Virus record (IMG/VR): IMGVR_UViG_3300037509_000016
Span: 1-60,359 of that record
Strand: one strand, 5' to 3'
DNA from: a virus
DNA: 60,359 bases
Both the position numbers and the translations under genes were made by a program. Of this stretch, positions 18,344-26,678 are shown in pieces. Numbering within the stretch: the stretch's first letter is position 1; the number at the start of each line of letters is the position of its first letter. Under the pieces are notes generated by a model, which had not been told where the DNA came from, did no database searches, and worked only from the letters and a program-made list of their open reading frames with translations.

Positions 18344-18732
18344 TGGATCTGGGCAAGGTTTACCGTGACGGCCAGGAGGCCGACGACCAGCCGCTTGACG
18401 TGTGGGCGGCGCTCCAGATGCGCCTGACTGCCGCTCTCGCCAGCGCCGAGCACCTCGACCGTATGAAGGAGATGCTGGCAGTGGAGGTAGCCGAAGAGCG
18501 GCTCGACCAGGTCGGGAAGCTGTTCGGGATCGCCTTCGGATGCGCGGCGATCTACGAGTCGCTGCACCGTCGGCTCGAGTCCGCGCGGGCCTCTGGCGAC
18601 CTCGTCACTATCGGACGGGTCTCCGAGCAGATCGGCGTCATGAACCAAGTCCTCGAGGGGGAGGTGGCACCCGAGACGTTCATCGAGTTCATTCGACACA
18701 GAACCGAACAGCGCCGAAGGGGGCAAGCGTGA
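18343..18732 (+). CDS. Hypothetical protein
   Basis: TGATG overlap start. 129 aa, helical. Confidence 0.55.
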   Translation: MDLGKVYRDGQEADDQPLDVWAALQMRLTAALASAEHLDRMKEMLAVEVAEERLDQVGKLFGIAFGCAAIYESLHRRLESARASGDLVTIGRVSEQIGVMNQVLEGEVAPETFIEFIRHRTEQRRRGQA

Positions 18733-19382
18733 ACGGTACCCGTATCCGACTGACCGTGGGCGGGGTGACCCGCAGCCGCAAAGGATTCTGGATCAGAGAC
18801 GACCGCAACGTCCTGACCTTCTACAACACCTGCGGTGCCTGGCCGGTGACCCAGATCATCGAGAAGCTGCAGCCAGAAGACGACGTGGAGATCGAGGCCA
18901 GGCAGGGACAGGACAACGAAGGACGGACGTGGTTCGTCCACTGGATCAAGAATCTCGAGACTGGCGAGGAGGCAGCCGACAACCGACCGAAGCCCGAGCG
19001 TGGCGGATCCGCGCTGCCTGAGGGGCCGCGGCAACCCGCAACACGCGCTCAGAGCCCCGTAGGAGGCCAACAGGTGGCCGCACCCGCCAGAAACGTAGTT
19101 TCACACGACACACGGATCCTGGTCCGCGCTCAGTGCATCAACGCTGCCGCCTGGCAGGTGTCGAATCCGCGCGAGACGATGTTGATAGCCCAGGCGTACC
19201 AGCACTGGCTGTACGGCGAGTTGGACAAGGCCGAGCTGGTGGTCACCGAGCTTGAGCGCCAGCGTGTCGATCAGTACGACGATCCCTACCGTGAGAGTGA
19301 TGGGACGGAGCCGCCGCCCGCCATCACCCCCGAGCAGATACGCGAGGAGACTGACCTCGATGATCAAGAACTCCCCTTCTAG
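18729..19382 (+). CDS. Putative ssDNA-binding protein with an SSB-like acidic C-terminal tip
   Basis: GTGA overlap start. The C-terminus ...TDLDDQELPF resembles the bacterial SSB tip DDDIPF. The N-terminal region is beta-rich and OB-like. Confidence 0.4.
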   Translation: MNGTRIRLTVGGVTRSRKGFWIRDDRNVLTFYNTCGAWPVTQIIEKLQPEDDVEIEARQGQDNEGRTWFVHWIKNLETGEEAADNRPKPERGGSALPEGPRQPATRAQSPVGGQQVAAPARNVVSHDTRILVRAQCINAAAWQVSNPRETMLIAQAYQHWLYGELDKAELVVTELERQRVDQYDDPYRESDGTEPPPAITPEQIREETDLDDQELPF

Positions 19383-19785
19383 TCCTGACACCAAGACCTG
19401 TAGCCAGTGCCGACAGACGAAGCCGCTCGGAGCGTACTACCGCCATCCGACCGGCCAGGGCGGGCGAGACGCCCAGTGCAAGGAGTGCAAGAGCGGCTGG
19501 ATGCGCCAGCACCGCGCCAGCAACGCGACCGGTCGGCCACGGCACCGTCCACGCGGCGTTCGTGACGCGCGGGATCCCTCGCCGTTCGTGCTGCTCCAGC
19601 GTGCGCAGCAGACGGTCAAGCGGGCGCTGCGGCGCGGTGTTCTCGAGCGCCCCCCGACGTGCCAGGAGTGCAACGAGCCCTGCCACGCCCAGGCGCACTA
19701 CCCCGACGTGACCAGACCGCTGCAGGGACTGCGCTGGCTCTGTCAGCACTGCGCCACCGAGTGGAAGAAGGCCCGCCGTGGCTGA
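19360..19785 (+). CDS. Zinc-finger protein
   Basis: CSQCRQTKP...AQCKECK and CQECNEPCH...CQHC cysteine clusters. Confidence 0.5.
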   Translation: MIKNSPSSPDTKTCSQCRQTKPLGAYYRHPTGQGGRDAQCKECKSGWMRQHRASNATGRPRHRPRGVRDARDPSPFVLLQRAQQTVKRALRRGVLERPPTCQECNEPCHAQAHYPDVTRPLQGLRWLCQHCATEWKKARRG

Positions 19786-20089
19786 GTGCGAGGCGGTCCA
19801 GCTGCTGCGCGAGATCCTGAAGCGCGGATCCTCGATCCCTGATATCAAGCGGCGGGGTCACCTGTACGACTGTGTCCACACCACCGTCCTGGACATTGCC
19901 AACGACCGACACACCCCAGGCGTCGAGTGCCCTGAGCCGACCTGTGAGGGACGGGGGCGGGCCTGCTCGAGGATCTGCCAGCGGGCTCGGGCGATCATCG
20001 ACCAATCAGACGCAAGTGTTACGGTACCGACCTTGACCGCCGCCGACGGCACCGTGTACGTCCAGCCGCCGCTGCCTGCAGAGGAGTAA
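19778..20089 (+). CDS. Hypothetical Cys-containing protein
   Basis: GTG start overlapping the upstream gene end. 103 aa. Confidence 0.45.
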   Translation: MAECEAVQLLREILKRGSSIPDIKRRGHLYDCVHTTVLDIANDRHTPGVECPEPTCEGRGRACSRICQRARAIIDQSDASVTVPTLTAADGTVYVQPPLPAEE

Positions 20090-20132
20090 GATAGGCGGGC
20101 AGGATCAGCGATGTTTTCCCACCGGCAAACTG

Positions 20133-20141
20133 TGCTAATAT
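20133..20141 (+). promoter_or_regulatory. Candidate extended -10 promoter, TGCTAATAT
   Basis: TG-n-TAATAT, with TTTTCC about 16 nt upstream. Lies in the 165-bp intergenic region before the replication genes. Confidence 0.35.
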
Positions 20142-20196
20142 CCCGGTAGAGCGACGGCTCTTTGGGCTCGGCTGATCCCCGAGTCTTGCTGCGTCC

Positions 20197-20224
20197 GGGT
20201 GGTGGTGCCGACTCACCACCACCC
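20197..20224 (+). promoter_or_regulatory. 11-bp perfect hairpin in the leader of the replication operon
   Basis: gggtggtggtg pairs with caccaccaccc across a 6-nt loop. Ends 18 nt before the GGAGG of the HNH gene. Confidence 0.5.
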
Positions 20225-20254
20225 CCGCAGCGTACCTAGTCGGAGGTGACCCTT

Positions 20255-20641
20255 ATGCCTCGCACCGTCCCATCTATCTTGGGACTTGATCGCTTCCCGT
20301 ACAGCGACTACCACCGCACCCTTGAGCGTCGGTGGTCCCACCGATCCCGCAAAGGTCTGCGCCGTCGCATCCTCGACCGCGACCTCTGGACTTGTCAGGT
20401 CTGCGCCGTGATTCTCGAACCTGGTCTCCGCGCCCAGGTCGATCACATTTTCCCCCTCAGTCTTGGCGGGCAATCCCGAGCCGACAACCTTCGCGCCTGC
20501 TGCCCGCCGTGCAACGCCGCCAACACGCCCGCCCGCTGGCTGAACTACTGGCTCCGTGATCTAGGGCTCCCCGTCGAGCTTGTGGCCGAGATGGTGCTCG
20601 GGAACCTCAAGGCCCAAGTGGAGCGCAACTATGGACGGTGA
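20255..20641 (+). CDS. HNH endonuclease
   Basis: CQVC...VDHIFPLSLGG...DNLRACCPPCN. ATG 20255 lies 8 nt after GGAGG and is preferred over the track start at 20246. Confidence 0.8.
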   Translation: MPRTVPSILGLDRFPYSDYHRTLERRWSHRSRKGLRRRILDRDLWTCQVCAVILEPGLRAQVDHIFPLSLGGQSRADNLRACCPPCNAANTPARWLNYWLRDLGLPVELVAEMVLGNLKAQVERNYGR

Positions 20642-21452
20642 AGACCGCACTGGCACGCTTGTCAAAGAAGAACCCGAAGCCCGAGACGGCTTCGTGATGG
20701 TGCTGAATTCCTGGCTCGACCGTGACGACGTGAGCCCAGAAGCAAAGTTCCTCTACATCGTCCTCAAGCGATTCGCCGGAGCCAACCGCCACGCTTGGCC
20801 CGCCGAGTCAGAGATCACCCGAATGACGGGCATCTCTGACAAGCCGCTCCGACGGGCCAAGGCCGAATTGATCCAGCTTGGCGTCCTCACGTCACAGCGG
20901 CGCGGCCAGGGCAAGCCAACCCTCTACACCATCCTCGAGATGCCCAAGCTGCCCCAGAACCGGTCAATTGACCGGATCAAGAACGGGAGATTGACGCCCT
21001 CTAGACCGGTCGAATCTCCCGTTCTAGAACGGGAGATTGACGCCACTAAGAAGATACAGAGAGAAGATACAGAGAAGAACACACAACCGGACCCCGCGCC
21101 CAACGGCGCGGTGGCGACTGAGAAGAAGCCGAACAAGTTCGCTGAGGTGATCGACGGCATCCGAGCCCTGGGAGAGGAGTACCAGGGAAACACCCGTCGG
21201 GATGCTGGCGCGGTCAAAGCCTGCTCGAGCCCACCCGCCGATATTGCCCAGGCATATGTCGATGCCAAGCGCGGCCAGTGGGGCGGCGACTTCCTGGCGA
21301 ACAACCTCGCCCTCTGGGCCATCTGTGACCGGATGAGCGCCTGGCAGGCCAGCAAGAGCCGTGGCAAGAACGGGGCGACCATTGGTCCGGACGGCAAGCT
21401 GACCATGATCGACGGGAAGGTGGTGGACCGCAACGGTCGAATCTACTTCTGA
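20631..21452 (+). CDS. Replication initiator-like winged-HTH protein
   Basis: N-terminal wHTH (AKFLYIVLKRFA...WPAESEITRMTGISDKPLRRAKAELIQLGVL). Repeat-bearing linker. Lies upstream of the DnaC-like loader. Confidence 0.55.
   Translation: MDGEDRTGTLVKEEPEARDGFVMVLNSWLDRDDVSPEAKFLYIVLKRFAGANRHAWPAESEITRMTGISDKPLRRAKAELIQLGVLTSQRRGQGKPTLYTILEMPKLPQNRSIDRIKNGRLTPSRPVESPVLEREIDATKKIQREDTEKNTQPDPAPNGAVATEKKPNKFAEVIDGIRALGEEYQGNTRRDAGAVKACSSPPADIAQAYVDAKRGQWGGDFLANNLALWAICDRMSAWQASKSRGKNGATIGPDGKLTMIDGKVVDRNGRIYF
20960..21075. repeat. Origin-like repeat cluster inside the initiator gene
   Basis: 16-bp palindrome ccggtcaattgaccgg (20960-20975). A 19-bp direct repeat agaacgggagattgacgcc (20980-20998 and 21026-21044). 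A 26-bp perfect palindrome (21013-21038). A 13-bp tandem repeat gaagatacagaga x2 (21050-21075) in a locally AT-rich stretch. Confidence 0.5.
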
Positions 21453-21468
21453 ACCTACGTTTGAAGCC

Positions 21469-22371
21469 TTGACACTGGAGAACACCGTGACCCATGAACC
21501 CTTCGACGAGTCCCTGCCCGAGCCTGAGGCCGATATCCAGACCATGACCGAGCGCCTCGGGATGAAGCTGGATATGGAGCGTGCCGTCCAGACCTACGAC
21601 GCTCGAAAGCTGCAGGTGATCAAGCAGGCCCGCGCGACCAATGCTTACTTCAATCAGATCTACAACGGCGATCTGATGGCGACCGAGCCACCCGACGGGG
21701 TGACCTGTGTTGTCTGCCACGATGCCCGCTGGCTGCGCCTGCCGTTGGACCTGGGCCATCCCCAGTTCGGCCAGGTCGTTGAGTGCCCCCATTGCAAGCA
21801 TCTGATCCTGGCTGAGCGCCGCCAGGAGTTGGCGATCCGTGCAGGTCTCTCGCCCTGGCAGCGGACCAAGACCTTCGAGACGTTCCGTACCTCGCGCGAG
21901 TCGATGGCTGCCTACAACGCGGCCATCCGTTGGAGCGGCAGCCCTGACGGCTGGCTCGCTATTCGAGGGATGCAGGGCTCGGGCAAGACCCACCTCGCCC
22001 TGGCGGTCTGTAACCGCCTGCTCGAGCGGGTCCAGCCGTGTCGCTACTACTACGCTGCTGACATTGGCGCTGAGGCCAAGCGGATGATGGACTCAGGCGA
22101 GCACCACGAATTCCTGAACGCCCTGAAGACGCTGGAGTACCCGATCATCATCGACGACCTTGGGAGCCTGCGAGCTACGCCGTGGGCGATCCAGGACGTG
22201 CTCGAGCCGATGCTGGACGCGCGGTACCGTCGGAAGCTGCCGACGATGTTCACCTTCGTCTCGAACACCGACGCGCTCCGAGAGGGGGTCTCGGCCAGTA
22301 TCGCCCGCCGTCTCGAAGACCCCAACATCTCAACCGTGGTCGAGAACGGAGCAGGCCAGTGGCGGAGCTAA
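21469..22371 (+). CDS. DnaC/IstB-like AAA+ helicase loader
   Basis: Walker A GMQGSGKTHLA, Walker B IIIDDLG, an N-terminal CxxC...CxxC cluster. Start uncertain (TTG 21469 or GTG 21487). Confidence 0.8.
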   Translation: MTLENTVTHEPFDESLPEPEADIQTMTERLGMKLDMERAVQTYDARKLQVIKQARATNAYFNQIYNGDLMATEPPDGVTCVVCHDARWLRLPLDLGHPQFGQVVECPHCKHLILAERRQELAIRAGLSPWQRTKTFETFRTSRESMAAYNAAIRWSGSPDGWLAIRGMQGSGKTHLALAVCNRLLERVQPCRYYYAADIGAEAKRMMDSGEHHEFLNALKTLEYPIIIDDLGSLRATPWAIQDVLEPMLDARYRRKLPTMFTFVSNTDALREGVSASIARRLEDPNISTVVENGAGQWRS

Positions 22372-22391
22372 GGCCGTTCCCGTTACTCGAA

Positions 22392-22604
22392 TTGCGGTTC
22401 TGTGGCTGCGGTCGAATCAAGGTCTGTGATGACGCGCTGAATCTCCACGCCATCTGTATCGGGTGCCGCCGTCCGGCTGGCATCTGTATCTCACCAGAGG
22501 GCACCTGCTGGCGACTCTCTCCGCAGGAGCGGTCGGAGTGGCTCGAGGAATTAATTCACGCCTGGAAGGAGCACCTGGACGACCATGACCCCCGCTTCTG
22601 CTGA
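22392..22604 (+). CDS. Small Cys-rich protein; start uncertain
   Basis: C-terminal part of track ORF 22182..22604, downstream of the loader stop. Sequence RFCGCGRIKVC...CIGC...C. Confidence 0.3.
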   Translation: MRFCGCGRIKVCDDALNLHAICIGCRRPAGICISPEGTCWRLSPQERSEWLEELIHAWKEHLDDHDPRFC

Positions 22605-22794
22605 GTCGCCTGCCCTGCGCAACACCAAGCGGATCTCGCACGTCAAGCGCACCCCGCTCGAGGCGGGGCAAAGCTGGCGGATCGACTGCCAGCCCTGCGG
22701 CAAGGGCGAGTGGGAGATGAATGCCGAGCAGGCTGTGGCGTTTCTCGAGCGCCACAAGAAGCACGACCTACGAATGCGAAGGGAGCCTCTATGA
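22585..22794 (+). CDS. Hypothetical protein
   Basis: ATG start. 69 aa with a CQPC motif. Confidence 0.45.
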   Translation: MTPASAESPALRNTKRISHVKRTPLEAGQSWRIDCQPCGKGEWEMNAEQAVAFLERHKKHDLRMRREPL

Positions 22795-23486
22795 ACGAGC
22801 CCGAGACCGGCGGACTGATCTCGTTTCACGCCTACCTCGAGCGGGCCGACACCGAGACCGGCGAGCTTGCCTGCTCGACGTGCGGCGAGGGTGAAGACTC
22901 CGCCTACCACCTCCTGGCCGAGCCCCAACCCCTGGAACGCCAGTTCCGTGCGCCGGCGCACAAACTGCCGTTGGGGGACGTTGGCTCGATCGTCATGGTC
23001 AACAGCCAGTGGGGCTACCACGACCGTGGCCTCTGGCTGATGGGCGAACCTGGCTGGCAGGACGTGCAGGAGATCGTCTCGACCGCTGAGAAGATCGAGC
23101 GGGCCTCCAAGTTCGCGCTCGGGGACATTCTGGTCTACGCCGAGAATCACTATCACGACCTCTGGCTTCAGTACACCCAGATGAGCGAGACGATGCGCAA
23201 GGTTCACTGGGTCTGTAGCCAGATTCCGGTCGGGCGCAGGATCCAGTCGAGCCACCTGACCTTTGCCCATTACGACACCGTGGCCGCGCTCGAGCCGAAG
23301 ATCGCAGACGCCCTGCTCCGAGCGGCCCACGACAACCTCTGGACTGTCAAGCGTCTGCGTCAGGAGGCCGAGCCGTTCCGCACCACCGTCCAGCCCGTCA
23401 TCGAATTGGTGAGCCAGCCCCACGGCACCCCGCATTGCCCTCAGTGCGGATCGCCCTGCCCTACCTGTCTGGAGCGAGAAGAATGA
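22791..23486 (+). CDS. Hypothetical protein, possibly DNA-binding
   Basis: ATGA overlap start. Terminal CPQCGSPCPTC zinc motif. Confidence 0.5.
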   Translation: MNEPETGGLISFHAYLERADTETGELACSTCGEGEDSAYHLLAEPQPLERQFRAPAHKLPLGDVGSIVMVNSQWGYHDRGLWLMGEPGWQDVQEIVSTAEKIERASKFALGDILVYAENHYHDLWLQYTQMSETMRKVHWVCSQIPVGRRIQSSHLTFAHYDTVAALEPKIADALLRAAHDNLWTVKRLRQEAEPFRTTVQPVIELVSQPHGTPHCPQCGSPCPTCLEREE

Positions 23487-23740
23487 GTGACCCCGCCCTG
23501 ACCTCTTCGTCCACGTCCCTCGAGCAGTACCGCGCCCACGGTGTGATGGACGTGACGTTGCCCGAGCCCAAGCGCCCAGAGGATCTCCCGAAGCCGCGGC
23601 GCTCGAGTATCGGAAACGTCCACGCTCGAGAAGCCTACCTGCTTCATATCGAGCGCCTGCTCGAGAAGGCCGAGCGAACGATCAAGCACCAGCAACAGGC
23701 GCTGGAGTTCTGCCGGGTCCATCACCATGTTGGAAAGTGA
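23483..23740 (+). CDS. Hypothetical protein
   Basis: ATGA overlap start. 85 aa. Confidence 0.5.
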   Translation: MSDPALTSSSTSLEQYRAHGVMDVTLPEPKRPEDLPKPRRSSIGNVHAREAYLLHIERLLEKAERTIKHQQQALEFCRVHHHVGK

Positions 23741-24083
23741 CCACGATGCACCAGTCCAGCGCGACTTGCTCGGAAACCCCATTGTGCCGCGCCCTCAACG
23801 CGGTAAGCGCCAGGGGCTCGCGAAGGGGATCTTCGCCTGCGCCTGCAAAGGCTGCCTTGGCTGCTCCGCCTACACGCGGTGCGTGGTTTGCTCGACGTTC
23901 GACTGCACCGATCCTGACCACCCTCTGGGCGCTTGTGGTCAGCGGTTCCATCGTCAGAGCGATGACCCAAAATGCGGGGTATGTTCGCCGCGAGCCCGTG
24001 ACGTTACTTGGGCCTCTGTTGTACCCGCCCGCACGTTCATCCCTGCCCTTGACGAGGAAGGCACAGAGGTCGATGACGATTGA
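23727..24083 (+). CDS. Cys-rich hypothetical protein
   Basis: ATG start. Sequence CACKGCLGCSAYTRCVVCSTFDC...C..C. Confidence 0.45.
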   Translation: MLESDHDAPVQRDLLGNPIVPRPQRGKRQGLAKGIFACACKGCLGCSAYTRCVVCSTFDCTDPDHPLGACGQRFHRQSDDPKCGVCSPRARDVTWASVVPARTFIPALDEEGTEVDDD

Positions 24084-24222
24084 GGTGCAGTACCAGCCAA
24101 GAGACGCCTGGGTGGGGCTGTACTGGGACGTGCAGACCTCGTCGAGTTGGCGACGGCTCCAACTCTATCTCTGCGCCGTGCCATTCCTCCCGATCAAGCT
24201 GACGCTGCTGGTGCAACGATGA
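24073..24222 (+). CDS. Small hydrophobic-tailed protein (49 aa)
   Basis: ATG 24073 within track ORF 23737..24222. Sequence MTIEVQYQPRDAWVGLYWDV...LYLCAVPFLPIKL. Confidence 0.4.
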   Translation: MTIEVQYQPRDAWVGLYWDVQTSSSWRRLQLYLCAVPFLPIKLTLLVQR

Positions 24223-24692
24223 GACAGCACCTGCTGATCGCGGGCTCGCGCTCCATCGAAGACCCCGACGCCACGGCGATGGTGTGGCAGGGGATGCAGC
24301 GAATGCGCGAGTCGGGGATGCTCGACTTCAAGCGCCTGACCACCGTCCTGACTGGCGGGGCTCGAGGGATCGACCAGGCGGGCGAGTTAGTTGCTCGCGG
24401 GCTCGGCATACGGGTGGTGGTGCTGCGCCCCGACTACCAGTCCTATCCCGGCGAGATCGCCCCGCTCAAGCGGAACGAGGAGCTCGCCTGGTGCTGCAAC
24501 ATCGCCCTGCTGATTCGGGTCAAGGACGGCCCGAGCAACGGCACCGACCACGTCCACCGTGTTCTTCACGATCTCGGACGACCGCACCGATTGGAGTTCT
24601 ACGATGCAACGAAGGGAGCCATCCTGGTTACAGTCGATCATCAGCCAGCGGCAACACCCCGAGCACCAGTGCCAGGAGAGCATCTCGAGTGA
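24219..24692 (+). CDS. SLOG-superfamily protein (DUF2493/YpsA-like)
   Basis: LLIAGSR...VLTGGARGIDQAGE...PLKRNEE matches the GGA.G.D..A pattern of the family. ATGA overlap start. Confidence 0.6.
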   Translation: MRQHLLIAGSRSIEDPDATAMVWQGMQRMRESGMLDFKRLTTVLTGGARGIDQAGELVARGLGIRVVVLRPDYQSYPGEIAPLKRNEELAWCCNIALLIRVKDGPSNGTDHVHRVLHDLGRPHRLEFYDATKGAILVTVDHQPAATPRAPVPGEHLE

Positions 24693-25146
24693 GCCAAAGC
24701 GACCGCCTCGCCGTCATCGCCAGCACCGCCGTCAGCGCGAGCGCAGCTTCTCGAGCGGCATCGTGCAGGCTGCCGAGATCGGCAAGTGGCGGGCGCTGGT
24801 GCTGCCGAGCTACGTCCAGAAGTGCCCCGGCTGTGGTCGGGAAAACTTCGTGATGCGCGGCGTGACTCGAGGCTGGCCCGACTTCGTGATGTTCCACCCG
24901 CAGCGCCGTCTCGGCCCGATTGTCCGCGAGTTGAAGCTGAAGGGAACCCGCCGCCGCGTCAGTCCTGCGCAGGAGTACATCCTGCTCGACGGTCTGATGA
25001 TGGGCTGGAACACCGGCGTCTGGATCGACGAGCAGCGCGACGAGATCTACGACTACCTGCTCGGCAACACCGATGACTGCCCGCCGTCGGCTGTGGACCT
25101 GGCCGAGCTCCAGGCGCGACTGACTGGAGGTGATCGGGTCCGTTAG
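24604..25146 (+). CDS. VRR-NUC domain nuclease; start uncertain
   Basis: GWPDFVMF...IVRELKLKGTRRRVSPAQEYIL is a PD-(D/E)xK VRR-NUC signature. Confidence 0.7.
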   Translation: MQRREPSWLQSIISQRQHPEHQCQESISSEPKRPPRRHRQHRRQRERSFSSGIVQAAEIGKWRALVLPSYVQKCPGCGRENFVMRGVTRGWPDFVMFHPQRRLGPIVRELKLKGTRRRVSPAQEYILLDGLMMGWNTGVWIDEQRDEIYDYLLGNTDDCPPSAVDLAELQARLTGGDRVR

Positions 25147-25275
25147 GCTGACCACCTGAGCGGGTGTTTCCTGTAGTGGGATCTGAGATCTTGCGGCTCA
25201 AGAGACACCCTGAGCGGGGATAGGGGCCGGTCCTGTCCGTAGGGGCCGGCCCCAACCAACCGAAGGAGAGCACGA

Positions 25276-25584
25276 ATGGCGAATCCGAACGCGACCCCCA
25301 CCCTCGAGCGGCTGGCGCTCAAGGCCCAGGCTGAGAAGCTCTGGATCCGACCGCAGCCCGATGGCTGGACCTATCAGGTGCAGTCCAAGTCGCGACCTGG
25401 GCAGTATCACCTCGTCCGACTCTATGGTCGGCAGCATTCCTGCACCTGCGAGGCGTGGAGCTACGACCTCGCCTGCAAGCACTGGGCGCACGCCCTGAAC
25501 TTCGTTTCGCGCGGACGGATCACTAACCGCCAGCCCGTCCAGGTCGAGCCCAAGACCCGACGCAGACGCGCGGCGGTGGCCTAG
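25276..25584 (+). CDS. SWIM zinc-finger protein
   Basis: HSCTCEAWSYDLACKHWAH fits the CxCxnCxH pattern. Confidence 0.7.
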   Translation: MANPNATPTLERLALKAQAEKLWIRPQPDGWTYQVQSKSRPGQYHLVRLYGRQHSCTCEAWSYDLACKHWAHALNFVSRGRITNRQPVQVEPKTRRRRAAVA

Positions 25585-25648
25585 GCTATACTGTCGTTGT
25601 TCATGGCGGCTCGTTCTGGGCGACGGGTCCGTTGGTACTCCAGCAGAG

Positions 25649-25690
25649 ATCCCCTTGCGTCTGCACACGCAGGGGGATTTCTGTGTCTCC
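25649..25690 (+). terminator. Rho-independent terminator
   Basis: 12-bp stem: atccccttgcgt pairs with acgcagggggat (one G.U pair), loop ctgcac. Followed by tttctgtgtct. Confidence 0.7.
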
Positions 25691-25728
25691 GGACTACCCA
25701 TCTGGGGCTCGCGTCCCCATGTCACATC

Positions 25729-25737
25729 TGTTACAAT
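25729..25737 (+). promoter_or_regulatory. Candidate extended -10 promoter, TGTTACAAT
   Basis: TG-n-TACAAT lies 47 nt upstream of the first gene of the small-gene cassette. The region is locally AT-richer. Confidence 0.4.
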
Positions 25738-25783
25738 GTAGAGGCAGGGAACCTATGCCCTGACTCTGCTTCGGAGCCGACTG

Positions 25784-25990
25784 ATGGCCCGCTACGCGAT
25801 TTTTGATCGCTCCCCCGACGACTTCGTCGAGGGCGATCCGCAGGAGTACTGTGAGCGATTCGTCGATTACGTCGCTGCCCGCCTGCCCGACCGCATCGTC
25901 TCGCTGGTCGGCTACGACATTCTCATTGATGGTCGGCTGGCTCCCTCTGAGGAGCAGATCGTCCTCGACGCCTACGATGAGGTGAATTAA
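25784..25990 (+). CDS. Small acidic hypothetical protein
   Basis: First ORF after the promoter/terminator pair. 68 aa. Confidence 0.5.
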   Translation: MARYAIFDRSPDDFVEGDPQEYCERFVDYVAARLPDRIVSLVGYDILIDGRLAPSEEQIVLDAYDEVN

Positions 25991-26182
25991 ATGGTCAAGT
26001 GCGAGAACGCCCGCCCCGTCCGTCGGGCCAAGCCCGTCAAGATCCAGAGCGTCTACATCGAGGTCGAGCGCACCTGCGGACACCGCTTCGCCTACAACCC
26101 CACCGTGGTCAGCTTCGAGCGGGCCATCAACTGGGGCTGCGTTTCCTGCGCCGGCCAGGCTGCCGAGCGAAAGGCCCGCTAA
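25991..26182 (+). CDS. Small hypothetical protein with Cys pairs
   Basis: ATG directly after the upstream TAA. 63 aa. Confidence 0.5.
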   Translation: MVKCENARPVRRAKPVKIQSVYIEVERTCGHRFAYNPTVVSFERAINWGCVSCAGQAAERKAR

Positions 26183-26406
26183 TGCGCCTCCTGTCACAAC
26201 TGGCCCTCAGCGTCTTCTCTGGTAGTCTGGGCCTCGTCGCCGGTGGGATCACCGGCGCGGGGGCCGGCACCTTCTTCGTTGGCCTGACCGCCTTCTTTGA
26301 CCTTCACTGGGTACTCGGCGTCCCCGCTGCCATCGGGGCGCTCGCGGCGTGTATCGGAATGGTTCGCCAATCCTGGCAGTACACCTCTTCGGAGCGAACC
26401 TCATGA
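26182..26406 (+). CDS. Small membrane protein with 2-3 TM segments
   Basis: TAATG overlap start within track ORF 25999..26406. Gly/Ala-rich hydrophobic segments. Confidence 0.5.
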   Translation: MRLLSQLALSVFSGSLGLVAGGITGAGAGTFFVGLTAFFDLHWVLGVPAAIGALAACIGMVRQSWQYTSSERTS

Positions 26407-26678
26407 GCGTCCTCTTTACCCGCCGCTGCGGCCACGCCGTCGAGTACGACGGCTCCCTCGCCTCGAAGGTCCGCCTGCTCGGGGACAACTGCTCCAGTTG
26501 CCCCAATTGGATGGTGACCATCATCGTCCAGTCGCTCGGTCTGTTCCAGACCGTCTTTGTCACCGCTAAGGACGAGTGGGAGGCACGGACCCACGCGATG
26601 CGCTTCTGCACCGCTCCCCTGAGCGGCGAGCACGTCACCTACGACATTCACAAGCTCGAGGAGGTCTCGATCCTATGA
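26403..26678 (+). CDS. Hypothetical protein
   Basis: ATGA overlap start. 91 aa. Confidence 0.5.
   Translation: MSVLFTRRCGHAVEYDGSLASKVRLLGDNCSSCPNWMVTIIVQSLGLFQTVFVTAKDEWEARTHAMRFCTAPLSGEHVTYDIHKLEEVSIL

Noticed and set aside
20090-20254. A possible tRNA or small RNA in the 165-bp gap, which has several hairpins.
   Set aside because: I could not build a cloverleaf with conserved T-loop or D-loop features. The hairpins are more consistent with a structured 5' leader downstream of the promoter-like TGCTAATAT.
25597-25806. Track ORF of 69 aa in the 25585-25783 gap. The same reasoning applies to 33605..33790.
   Set aside because: It spans a terminator hairpin and a promoter-like element, has no SD, and has atypical composition. 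The region is better explained as regulatory intergenic DNA.
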